Assembly (NCBI RefSeq): GCF_033153115.1
Contig: NW_026889751.1
Location: 28,024,001-28,088,000, forward strand
Length of the DNA: 64,000 bases
Direction of reading: 5' to 3'
DNA from: Saccostrea echinata
Lineage: Eukaryota
Position numbers and translations under genes: made by a program. The notes under the pieces are model-generated. The model was not told the origin of the DNA and did no database searches. It saw nothing but the letters and a program-made list of their open reading frames with translations. Shown in pieces: positions 1 to 11,505 of the stretch (its first letter is position 1; every line of letters starts with the position of its first letter).

Positions 1-176
1 AGATACACGTCGTTTATTCGAGAAGTACAATAAATCAGAGTCACATTTATTTTTCTTTTATGTTACACATGCTCATTGTCACAGAGTGGCTGGCGGCTTC
101 CCGAAATTACAATTCAATTTTTTTTTGGATAAAATAGTTTTATTTACAAAATATACAAAACACACGCGTTTTCTGC

Positions 177-252
177 ATGGCTTAATGGCTCAATGGCTGA
201 ATGGTTCAATGGCATAATGGCACAATGGCATGATGGCTTAATGGCTTTATGG
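177..252 (+). repeat. 8-bp tandem repeat (ATGG(C/T)NNN), about 9.5 copies
   Basis: atggctta/atggctca/atggctga/atggttca/atggcata/atggcaca/atggcatg/atggctta/atggcttt read directly. Confidence 0.85.
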
Positions 253-1567
253 GATCTATAATATAAATTAAAGTTAGATACAGATATAATATACTTAATA
301 TACTTCGCTCATACTTGTACATTTTCCTGTACATCCACTAAGGTGCATTTTACTGCATTATACATATAATAAGTTGCATTTTACTGCACTGTACATATAC
401 TTCATTACTTCAATTTACTTTACAGAACTTTTACGTTCACACATAGGCTAAGTGTACTACTTGTAGACAATAACTTTACTTTGAGACGAATATTATACGC
501 CATAATTTGTACATACAACACAATATCTACATTATAAATATACTCATACACTTATACTTTTACTTATAATATATATACATTACATGAGCAAATACTACTT
601 TGAATCTAACTTACGAATGAAAATATAGAACAAAGTTCTGTGGCCATTTCAGGAATAGAAATCGTCAATAAACCATATTAACTAATAATAATAAATAAAA
701 TACACTTACCCAGAATAGGTGGACCTCTGGTCATTAAATATTAAGCAATTATTTAAACATTTAAGGAAAAAACTTTAGCTGTCTTACAACACGACTGCTC
801 TGGTCAATTGCTACGCCCAATCTGATTTCAGAATAGCACGGGATTTAAAGTGGGATCACAATCCCAGGATATCCAACGATCTCAACTTTAACACAGGACG
901 ACGTCACGTCAGGAAAGACAGTCAACCTGGAAACTCAAATCTTCAATGAATAACAAGTTCCAAATGCAGGTGTTGTCTTCGGTTATGGAATCTCGCAGAA
1001 GAAATCTACATGTCAACGACAGTGCCTGATGTCCTAAAGCAAGAGGACTTGAATTCATCTTAAAGGAAACTCACTTAACAGTTTATTTCAATTAAAACAA
1101 TTATTGTCAAACTGTAAGAAAAGAAAACTTTTACTGAAAAAAACTTCACAATTTGATACAAAAGACTGTTACAAAAGTTATTAGAATAGGGAATTGCTTG
1201 CTTTGAAATCTAGTGAATATTTCATATACATGTATGTTCCCTGATTGTATTCTGTATGTACACGAAGTTTGTAATCATTCTTACTCTTACAACTCTTATT
1301 GTAGGCAATGTTCCATGGTCATTTGGGATCCAGAAGGTTTCTAGAAGTAGTGAGGGGTGGACTTCCTCAGAGTATGTGGAGGCTGGTCAGGGTAAAAGTA
1401 GTGTGGTAAATAAGTCAAAAATATTAACAAACTTTCAAATTCAGTAGGAAGTAAAATTCCAAGTATAGTAGTTTCTTTTTAGTAGTACATATAGTACCGC
1501 AGTACATAGAAAGTAGAATTCAAAGTATAGTAGAGTCATTAGTAGTACATGTAGAAGTGCAGTATAT

Positions 1568-4213
1568 GTGTTAGAAAGGCCTTGGTGTTATGTTCAAAAG
1601 GTCATGTCCGTAAAAATGGACTCAGTACAAGATTTAATCGCTGCAGGCGGGAGGTTAGGTTATGAAAATGAAGAGTTAAGAAACTATGTTACTGAACAAC
1701 AGAAAATACAGCGTGAAGAGAGAGCAGCGGCTCGACAGAGGGAAAAAGAAGAACGAGAATATCAGCTAGAGATGGAACGTATGTATCATGAGATGAAGAT
1801 GAAGCAGTTACAAGAGGAACACGAATTAGAACTGGCAGAGAAAAATGCAAAAGGTAAGGCTAGTGACGTTATGGTAAAACCTAATGTACCGAATACCGAT
1901 GAGATCGATAGCTATTTGAGAAGGTTTGAGAGGTATGCGACAGCCATGAATTGGGAGAAATCTTTATGGTCGACACACCTAAGTGCTTTATTGAAAGGGC
2001 GAGCGCTAGATGTGTACTCTCTCATGTCTACATCAAAAGTAAGTGATTATGACGAACTTAAAGCAGCTTTACTACGTAGGTACGAAATGACAGAGGATGG
2101 TTTTAAAAAGAAATTTCGTTCATGTAGACCTGAAGTTGGGGAAACATTTTCACAATTCACTGTTAGACTTGCTTCTTACTTGACTCGATGGGTTGAAATG
2201 TCTAAAATTACTTGTTCATTTGAGGCTCTTTTCGATCTTATGCTTCGAGATCAAATGTTACATGTGTATAATTTTGAATTGGCTGTGTTTCTGAAGCTGA
2301 ATGTTCCAAAGACAGCGGATCAGATGAGTATGTTAGCTGATCAGTTTAGGGAAGCTAGAAATACCAGTGCTGTTAATTTGTGTTCAAGGGTAGTGAATAA
2401 ACCTGAGGTGAGTAAGGTACCAGAAAAACCAAAAGATGTACGCCAGCATCAGCAACAGAAGTCAAGGTTTGTTCCAAACAATGAAAGAGAATGTTATATA
2501 TGTAACAAATATGGTCATATTGCACCCCAGTGCAGATTTAGAAGTAAAAACTCAAGTGCAACAGTGTGCAAGGAAGGACGAGGAGCAAATCAAACAGGTG
2601 GTGGTAATACAAATCCAAATAACTGCGCAGCGCTGATTTACAGTCAAAACCCGTCTATTTATAGTCAGGTAAGTGACCATACAACCGTTTTAACATCGGC
2701 ATGTCATTCTACAGAGAAACCAATGCCTCTTTCAGCTGGTTATGTTGAAGGTCACCCAGTTACCTTACTGAGAGATTCAGGATGTTGGAACATTGTAGTT
2801 CGCAAGAGTCTGGTAAAAGAGGAAAACTTTACAGATAGACAGGAAACGTGTGTTTTGGCAGACAACACAAAAATAGTGGTCCCCGTGGCTAAGGTTGTCA
2901 TTGATTCTCCATACGTATCAGGTGAGTATGAATGTTGGTGTATGGAAAATCCTGTCTTTGATCTGATTATAGGTGAAGTAGAGAATGAGAGAAAACCTCA
3001 TGATCCTGATCCAGATTGGAAACCAAACACTATTTCAGCGGTAGAAACAAGAAAACAGGTAAAAGAAAAACAGAAAAAGTATAAACCACTTAAAGTTCCA
3101 GAAATTGTCAAAGATGAAATCAACCCAGATGACATATTGCGAGAACAGCAATCAGATCCGTCACTCGAAACAGCACGCAGATATGCATAGGAGGGTCGAA
3201 CATCACGTGATGGTAAGGTCAAGTGGTTTGAAAAGAATACATTTGAAAAGAATGATCTTCTGTTCAGAGAATATGAGTCATCAGAAAATTAGGGTGGTAA
3301 GACCTATTCTCAACTTATAGTTCCTTCAAAGTTTCGTCATATTGTAATGAAATTAGCTCATGAATCAATCATGTCTGGTCATTTAGCGATAAGTAGAACC
3401 ATTTCTAGGATTTTGTCAGAATTCTTTTGGCCAGGAATGCAGTCGATGCAGGAGATAAAACGATTTTGTCGGTTTTGTGATACATGTCAGAGAACGGTGT
3501 CTAAGGGTAAGGTGACTAAAGTTCCTCTAGATAGAATGCCTTTAATAGATGTGCCTTTTAAAAGAGTTGCTGTAGACATTGTAGGTCCACTGCATCCTCC
3601 AACTGAAAAAGGTAATCGTTTTATTTTGACTTTAGTCGATTACGCCACAAGGTTTCCACAAGCCAAGGCGCTTCCAGGAATAGACACAGAGCGGATTGCT
3701 GAAGCCTTACTTGAAATGTTTTCCTATACAGGTATTCCAGAGGAAATATTGACAGACATGGGAAGTCAATTCACTTCCGGGCTCATGAAAGAGGTTAGTA
3801 GACTCATTTCGTTAAAACAGTTGACAACTACTCCGTATCACCCTATGTACAACGGGTTAGGTGAGCGTTTTAACGGTACACTTAAGCAAATGCTTAAACG
3901 TATGTGTATAGATAGACCAAGAGACTGGGACAAATATCTACCTACTGTGCTTTTTGCATATCGTGAGGTACCCCAGGAAAGTTTGGGCTTTGCTCCCTTT
4001 GAGTTGTTATATGGTCGTACAGTGAGAGGACCCATGACTATCCTTAAAGAACTGTGGACGAAAGAAATTCCAGATCAACAGGTAAAGTCTACCTATCAGT
4101 ACATTTTAGATCTCCGAGAGCGATTGGAGTCAAATTGGGAGTTGGCACAGGAGAATCTTAAGAGGGCGTCAAAAAGACACAAAGTGTCAATTTACTTAAA
4201 TAAAACATTTTGA
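1568..4213 (+). mobile_element. Truncated Ty3/Gypsy LTR retrotransposon, Gmr1-like domain order (gag/SCAN-like - Zn knuckle - protease - integrase; RT/RNase H absent)
   Basis: One reading frame broken by TAG at 3188-3190 and 3290-3292. Capsid/SCAN-like region (YLRRFERYA...FRSCRPEVGETFSQF), CCHC knuckle CYICNKYGHIAPQC, protease LLRDSG, integrase HHCC (HESIMSGH...CDTC) and DDE (VAVDIVGP / ILTDMGSQF / NGLGERFN). Similarity ends at about 4190. Confidence 0.9.
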
Positions 4214-4352
4214 ATTATTATACGAAAAAATACGAAAATAACAAGCAGTAATCATATATTGTTTTGTATATAGATGTATATTTAATGGAAAGTTTGCAAT
4301 CATTTTTCCATAAAGAAAGTCTGAGTTTAAAAGTAAGAGCTAGTGTAACTTG

Positions 4353-4481
4353 ACTCCAAAAAAGAAAAAACCATTTAATCCACGAGGAATCACCACAGAA
4401 AGTCAAAATCGCGTCCCAACATCTAACCATGACAATCACTGCGTCCACACCATAGACCAGGATGGACAGTTCCTCCATTAC
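4353..4481 (+). pseudogene. Fragment of NHL-repeat gene (last blades)
   Basis: Translates KKKPFNPRGITTESQNRVPTSNHDNHCVHTIDQDGQFLHY, matching about 12945-13071 of the intact paralog. Confidence 0.85.
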
Positions 4482-5499
4482 AAGAAATACAGCACATAAG
4501 AAAGGTAATATTGAACAATCAATCAAATATGTGTTTGAATTATCAATATTTAAAGATTGCATATACATACAGACCTACATTCAGAGAGACAAAACAATAT
4601 TTTTTTCCTTTTAATCCACTCCTTCTTTGTTACAATGGGTACAGTTTGAGTATCGAATCATGATAAATTGATTGTCATGATAGATAGATAGATTGATTAA
4701 TTAATGTGTCATGATACAGTGTATATTGATTGATTTGTCATGATACAGTGTAGATTGATTCGTCATGATAGATATTCATATAGACATACATTAGAAAGAT
4801 GAAAGGGTATTACCCCGAAATTCATAGGTGCAATGTATTTTTGTACACAATTAGAAAAGTCTCAGTGGGTTATTGTATCACCATATTATGTTGACAGACA
4901 ATCGGATGGATGGGCAGATGGATGACAAAATTCACAGGTGTCTTTCCCTTATGGTCATCCTGTATAAAAATAGTAATGATGAAAACTGTTTGAGTTTCTG
5001 TATCATTAACAATAACTATTAAGAAAACAGATAAAGTGCTATGACCCCAAATCCTGTGGGTGTCTTTCTCTTGTGGTAGAGTTCGTCTGTGCAAAATTGG
5101 AAAACGCTACGTTGAAAATTGTTTGAGTTATCGCGTCACAACAAATATGTCCATATATAGGAGGGTTTCCCAGAAAAACACGAACTTTTTTAATATTTTA
5201 TAAACTACCTGACCAAAATAATTCATTTTTGGCACAATGTTGGGAAAAAAAATGTTCGTCATTTTGGCTAAATAATATGAGGTTGTAAAGTCATATGCAT
5301 TTGGAAACAACATTTATAAAGGCAATTTCTCGACTTTCAAGAATAGCATTGACAGCGATGATTTCGTTATTACCAGGCTATACGGAAATATAAAGCGACA
5401 AAAATTACATCCGTAGAAAATGTATGATCTAGAGTACTTGTATGTAAAAACATCAATACTCTGACATCATAAATAACAAAAATATGACGTTATTTGCAC

Positions 5500-5780
5500 A
5501 AACACTATTAGTTAGATATTGTCAAAAACAGCGACGTCGTGCGATAATGCGGCGCACCAAATTATCACTCAGTACTGTGTGGAGCGGGGTATGATCCCTG
5601 CCCATACTGGGAACAAGGTAACGACATATATACACATATTGCACACTGGTTTATACATATTAAAAGAGGTTCAAATATGGATGGACTGGTTATCGGATGG
5701 AAGAAGCGTTTTGTAAACCAACAATTTGACGACAAACTGAAAAGTCTAGAGCTGGACCTCATACATAATGACTGCCGTAA
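5500..5780 (+). mobile_element. Degenerate Tc1/mariner transposase N-terminal HTH remnant
   Basis: IITQYCVERGMIPAHT ... LVYTY*KRFKYGWTG resembles the mariner HTH region. Frameshifted; boundaries uncertain. Confidence 0.5.
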
Positions 5781-6068
5781 ACTAAACGAGCAGTTAGATT
5801 TATGATCAGGTTTGGGAAATTGCCTATTAAAGAATTAATTCCTTGATTTATTCTTAAATGTAGTATGTGTGACATGAATAAATCAGTAACCAAATGGAAA
5901 TCAAATGCAGTATTGAATTTATTCTTCGAACGAACTTTTAAAGACACATGATTCCTGAACAAATTCAAAAACTCCATGAGTTACGTTTTGAAAGTTATGT
6001 ATATTATATAAAATATGGTGATTACGGTGCATGCCAATTTTTAACTTTATAAAAAGAAGTGAAACAAC

Positions 6069-6107
<39 letters not shown>

Positions 6108-7093
6108 AAATGTTCGCGTTTTTCTGGGACAATCCTCATTGATACACATTCCATACGCACAGTAGATAGACAAAGTGATATGACCCGAAAATGTATTGGT
6201 ATCATTTTCGTTTAGTAAAGAACTTCAGATCTGTACAAAATTTGAAATCGTTATGTCGAAGACTATTAGATTTATCATATCAGAACAAAGTGTCAATAAC
6301 TAATGAAATATATTCAGACATACGTACAGAAATACAGGCAAAGTTATGTGATATAATGACCCCAAAATGTATAGGCGTCATCCTCATATAGTAAATTACT
6401 TCTATACATTCGAAAACGATACATTGAAATTTGATTTATCGTGCCACAACAAACAGATGGATATTCCCATTTGAAGTGGCATTCAAGTCCGATTTTTCAG
6501 CATTTTCTGTTGGAATTCAATAGGATACATTGTATACATATGTTTTAATTTAAGGAATAAAAATCTGTATATATAAGCTATATTTTGATGTTTTTTGAGG
6601 TGATAACCAATATAACATATGCGAAAAATTGTTTAAGGATCTGTAATCATCCTCACCAAAATAAACACGTTACCCTCCTATTTACCTTTGTACCGTGCAG
6701 TTACTATAATCCTACCTCTCAAGGCTTTGATTCAACAAACGCATGTACATGTACAATAATTAAACACTTTGTTGCCTTCCCACTCTGGCATTTATCTCTC
6801 TTCCTAGTCTACGCACTAGCCACGCCTTCTGACGTAATGTCCACCAAATAAGGACACAGGAAATAGGTCCCACTAGATACCATGCAAATTTTACTGGTAT
6901 GGTTATTGCTGAAAAAATATTGGGGAATGTAAATATTATTATTTATATTTAAATGCTGTGGTAAAATTAAGAAACTCATTTCAAAATTAATGGTTATCTC
7001 CCTCATGCATAGCGCTGATCCTTCAACATATTTGGCTCAAGTCTTTGGCACCTTTTTTCAGCTCTTCAAAGTCTTTTTTATTTAAATATTTTG

Positions 7094-7385
7094 GTCGCCC
7101 GCGTGGCGCAGTGGTTAGAGCGTCTGCTCTAGAGTCGCGGAGAAAGGAGTTGATCCTTACGTCGCGGGTTCGAATCCCAATGTGGGACGTGGAGACCGAT
7201 CCTTCGGATGTGACCGTATAAACCGAGGTCCCGTGTCGCAGTAGGTGCTTGCACGAAAAAGACCCTCACTGCTCAATGGCCGTAAGTGCCGAGTATAGGA
7301 CAAAATTTGCAGCTCTCCACCGGCAAGTGGTAGCGTCTCCATATGAGAGAAAAATTCTCGAGAGGGACGTTAAACAACAAAAAAA
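7094..7385 (+). mobile_element. tRNA-derived SINE with Deu/Nin-type central domain, copy 1
   Basis: A box TGGCGCAGTGG (7104-7114), B box GGTTCGAATCCC (7167-7178), core CCTTCGGATG...TAAACCGAGGTCCCGTGTC, A-rich tail, TSD ATTTAAATATTTTG(G) at 7080 and 7386. Confidence 0.92.
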
Positions 7386-7422
7386 ATTTAAATATTTTGG
7401 GATTTCCAGCGTTTCGGCATGA

Positions 7423-7466
7423 GCATCACTGAAGAGACTTAACTTGTCGAAATGCACATCTGGTGC
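7423..7466 (+). ncRNA. Minimal type I hammerhead ribozyme motif (Penelope-associated type)
   Basis: GCATCA-CTGAAGA-GAC(ttaactt)GTC-GAAA-TGCACA-TC-TGGTGC: intact core CUGANGA/GAAA/UH, stem I (6 bp with one G-U), 3-bp stem II and short stem III. Confidence 0.7.
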
Positions 7467-7626
7467 TATAACGGCATCTGGCGCAGTATTTGATTTACAT
7501 TAGCAAAGACATGTACATACCAATCTTCTGTTGCCCTGATGAAGATTGTTCTGTTATTGATAAAAGGGTACGACTTTCAATCATTTTCAACCTCTTTTAT
7601 ACTTTATCAGGGTCCAGTTGCAGTAG

Positions 7627-8458
7627 ATGTCTAGTATTCGTTCGTCTGTCCACTTTAAGAACCTTAATCAGCCCTGGGGTACGATACTTAAACCTGAATA
7701 CGGCTTGGGTGATCAGAAAATGACGGATTACGAAATAGGCCAGACGGTGGATCGTCTGTATAAAATTCCTGCCACCAAAGAGCGCGTGAAGGAAAGACCG
7801 AGAAATAAGATGACAGGAAGAAATTACAGAAATGGTTTTTTGTTTGTTTGTTTGTTTATTGTTTAACTCCCCTCTCGAGATTTTTTCTTTCATATGGAGA
7901 CGCCACCACTTGCCGGTGGAGAGCTACAAATTTTGACCTATACTCGGCACTCAAGGCCATTGAGCATTGAGGAATCTTTTTCGTGCCAGCACCTACTGCG
8001 ACACGGTTTATACGGTCTCATCCGAAGGACCGGGCTCTACGTCCCGCAGTGGGATTCGAACCCGCGACGTAAGGATCAACTCCTTATTCTGCGACTCTAG
8101 AGCGAACGCTCTAACCACTGCGCCACGCGGGCGACTATAGAAATGGTAAATATTGTATAAATTGTGTAATACAGATATATGTAGATCTTGAAATCATGCA
8201 AATTTTTATATATCTAAGATAAAAAGCAGTAAAAGTTTCCCCTTTTTAGGGAAAGATTTAAAAGAATTAGAAAATACATTGTATTTGATACGTTGTAACA
8301 ATTCAATACCGTTGCGAATATATTTTTTCTCTCTGCAGTTACAGAGGATAACTAAGGCTCCCGTGGAGGAGATTCCAGACAGTGGCAGGCGGGTGACGAA
8401 GTCTACATACAGCGAAATGGGCGTGGTCAGTTCTTACGCCTGGAAGGGTTATAACTAG
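7627..8458 (+). pseudogene. Small two-coding-exon gene of unknown function, disrupted by a frameshift and a SINE insertion at the splice donor
   Basis: Acceptor ttttatactttatcag ends at 7610; ATG at 7627 (MSSIRSSVHFKNLNQPWG...QTVDRLYKIP...KMT). Exon 2 follows ctctctgcag: 8339-8458 = LQRITKAPVEEIPDSGRRVTKSTYSEMGVVSSYAWKGYN*. A frameshift near 7816 is needed to read EEITEM|LQR. Confidence 0.7.
7837..8135 (-). mobile_element. tRNA/Deu SINE, copy 2
   Basis: Reverse complement of copy 1; TSD TA(C/T)AGAAATGGT at 7825-7836 and 8136-8147. Confidence 0.92.
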
Positions 8459-11285
8459 GGAATTCCGGGATTTTAATTTTTGTCATTTATAACAAATGAA
8501 TTCGCAGTGACTGTATTTAATTAATTTATGCTCTAATTTTTTATATATTTCAAAATTATATGTTCATATTTATAAGAATTGAATGACTCGTGATTTTCAT
8601 GAATGCATTTTACTTGGTTTAAAGAAGTTTTTTGACAAACATATTTAAAGTTGTTTGTTTTACTGGAAAAAATATGGAAAGCGAATGAAAAAAGAGCTCG
8701 TATTTTTTTGCAAAAAAGTTTTTGATAAATTTTTGTGTATCATTTAATTCTTACTAGGAATAGATGTAATTGACTCTTACAAAGAATAACATAGTATATG
8801 ACCCAATATACAACAGAGAAGGCGTCAGACTATTATGCTCTCGCTTGTATGTTCTTTAAAAGGCAGTGTCAGCAACTGTTTGTGTACCGTAAGGTCGTCT
8901 GTCTTACATGTTATTATAGATTATTCAACACAGTAATGATTTGTGCCTATCAACATTTGTTTGTTACTAGTGTGTATCAAAACTCCAGAAAAAGTTTGTT
9001 CTGGGAATTTAAATTTAGTACCGGGAGTATATATTTAAATTGGCACACACAACTGTCTTGCACTTTAAGTAAACAAAAAAGAAGCAGAAGAAGAAAAAAG
9101 ATAGATAAATTTTTAAATATTATTTTTAGGACAAAATTTATCATAATATCGATTTTATGGGCTATTTAAAAACTTCGTATCAATTTTTGTTTTTTTTTTT
9201 GTCTGTATCGGTTTTTTTCGGGGGGGGGGGGGGTTAACCTGAACAGTGTTTTAACTTGCTCTTGTCATTGAAAAGCACATGCATAAATTTTTTTTAAGGT
9301 GTTTTTTAACAATTACTTATATTTTTCATTAAAATTAAAGGCGTCTGAGGCACTTAGGTAGATGTAAGCTTCATGTAGGTACTTTTTGTAAAAGAAAAGT
9401 GGAAAAATGTAAGTATTTCTTTTGAGAATAAAGTGGGGTGAGTGGTCACCCCTTCCTATTTCAATTCCTATGTAAAGATGTAAAGCTGCTAAAAGTGTTA
9501 GAACATACCCCCTCCTCTTGATGATTCTTGATCGGTTAATATACGCATATGATGAGCATTAAAAATTGATCATGAAAATCAAATCTTCTGTCTTCAGAGC
9601 TTCTGTCTGAACTCCAGTCAAATGGTACCGTTTTGTATAGTTTAGCTTCTATATCCATTCTTGTTGTAATAGGACCGTCTAAAACTGTTTCATAAATCAC
9701 GTGCATTGCAGAAAAAAGAAAAAAACTCTCTCTTTCCTTAAAGGTGCTAGCAAAAATCAATGATCGACGTACCAAGTTAGTCTCCCTTTCCACACACACT
9801 ACTAGTTAAAGATCATGAGTATTTGACCATAACATCGGTATTATATTAAGATGCACCTTAAATTCACTACTTAATATAACACTCTTTCTCTCTCTTTTTT
9901 CTCTTATTGATTACATTTCTTTTTTTTCTTTTTTATACTAGTATATTATGATAATATGTATCTAAAATAGAGAACAATTCTATATTACTGAAAGGCCCCT
10001 ATAACTGCCTGAGAGTCAATAAGTAACAACACATGTTCTCAATATACATTTTATCTAAAATCACATAGATGAAATGAAATAAATCTAAAATACAAAATCA
10101 AAAGTTGAGAGAATAATAAATTTCCGAATATTACGTCACATTTCTCTTTTTAATAGAAAATAGCATGAATATAAGTATAAATATTTAGATCTGAAAATTT
10201 GATTGATTTTACCGTCTTTACAATTACTGACAAACATTTGCTTATTCAAGAATCACAACACAATTAAATTCTTAGAAGATTCACGACTAGAAGCGTATGC
10301 ACATTTTGAAAACTAAATAAAATGAAAAATTTCGATCATTTAATGCACGAACACATTCAAAAAACTTCAAGAAAGAACATAATTCCTCAAGTACTCTAGC
10401 TGGTGTTTTCTCAGAACGCGATGGCCATCTGTGAACAGTTGGAAGTAGACAATGGACTTGTGTGAACTGTTGGAATTGTATATCTGGCTCCTCCTTCTGA
10501 CACATACTTGGTATATTAGCTAGAATTTCTATTTCCCGCGCTCCTTCTCTTCCTCTTCTGAATCTTTCAGAACAACCTGATCTATACGTCGACTTTCCTG
10601 CAAGTAGTTTCGTGTTGTCATGTGACCTCCTTCTTCTGCAGACATCTCTGTGTTACAACATAAGATGTAGCGTTGAGTGGAGCTGACATTTTGTTTTTCC
10701 TCGGAACCTTCATCAAAACTATATTAATTCTTTTTAAATAGGATCCCTTTATTTTGTTCTTTGTCCTTAATGGTTAGTACATGTAATATAGATTGATATC
10801 AAATATATATATGAAAACTGTTTATCAACACATAGATAAATATACATGTAAACGTGTTAGACAAGTACATAGTAATTAACATAAAGACAAGAACAACCTG
10901 TTATTAGTTGATATTCTCACTATTATCGCTATGCATGTATGCAAAACGGACAGAGAGAAAGAGAGAGAGAGGCAATCATTTTTTTTTATAATCAATATCA
11001 ATTTTAAGTATAACATCTAAATATGTTTTAACCAAAGTAATATCATCCCTGAAACAAAATTTAAATCTAACTACAGGCAGGTAAATTTTTTTTTAAAAAC
11101 ACTTCAACCTTTTAAAAGTCAACATGATTTCTAAAAAATGTTTTTTTTCCTCTCTATTTCTCTCTCATGTGAACAATAAATTCCGCAGTATTTTCCGAAA
11201 ATACATTTAAATTCTCAGAGTTTAAACCGAAACTAGAAATAACAAATAGGTAGTGTGGGTCAGGTAAATATTGTTGTAGAAAGCC

Positions 11286-11308
11286 GCCATTTCTGCATGA
11301 AAGCAGGT
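11286..11308 (+). promoter_or_regulatory. Conserved 5' non-coding exon end and donor of the TRIM-NHL-like genes (GCCATTTCTGCATGAAA..AG|GT)
   Basis: Motif recurs at 29571, 33596 and about 51366 upstream of paralogs. Intron 11307-11484 ends in a conserved acceptor about 20 nt before the ATG (also at 23160 and 29799). Confidence 0.65.
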
Positions 11309-11505
11309 ACGATTTCATTAAATCGTAATAAAATCAATTTATTATCAAAATATTTTATACATTTAATGCTATATTCTTCATTTAAGATAATGGTAAATAA
11401 TTGTTGTATACAAAATGAAGTTGTTTTAAATACAACATAGGCATGTCAATGATAAAAAGGTAAAATTTATTTTCCTGAACATAGAATTGAACGGAAAACT
11501 GAAGC

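Larger units (their letters stand above)
6990..7470 (+). mobile_element. Penelope-like terminal-repeat remnant interrupted by a SINE
   Basis: 6990-7070 has an inverted copy at about 40682-40760 next to a Penelope-like RT fragment. The part after the SINE carries a hammerhead motif. Confidence 0.55.

Noticed and set aside
780-1300. 5' LTR and PBS of the Gypsy element
   Set aside because: No second LTR to compare and no clear PBS, so boundaries cannot be supported.
7094-7180. Functional (amber suppressor) tRNA gene
   Set aside because: Acceptor and anticodon stems do not pair; it is the head of a SINE with tail and TSD. ORFs 7157, 7894 and 21150 are likewise SINE-derived.
7533-7580. Second hammerhead at CCCTGATGAAG
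   Set aside because: No stem II plus GAAA, or stem I partner, can be built.
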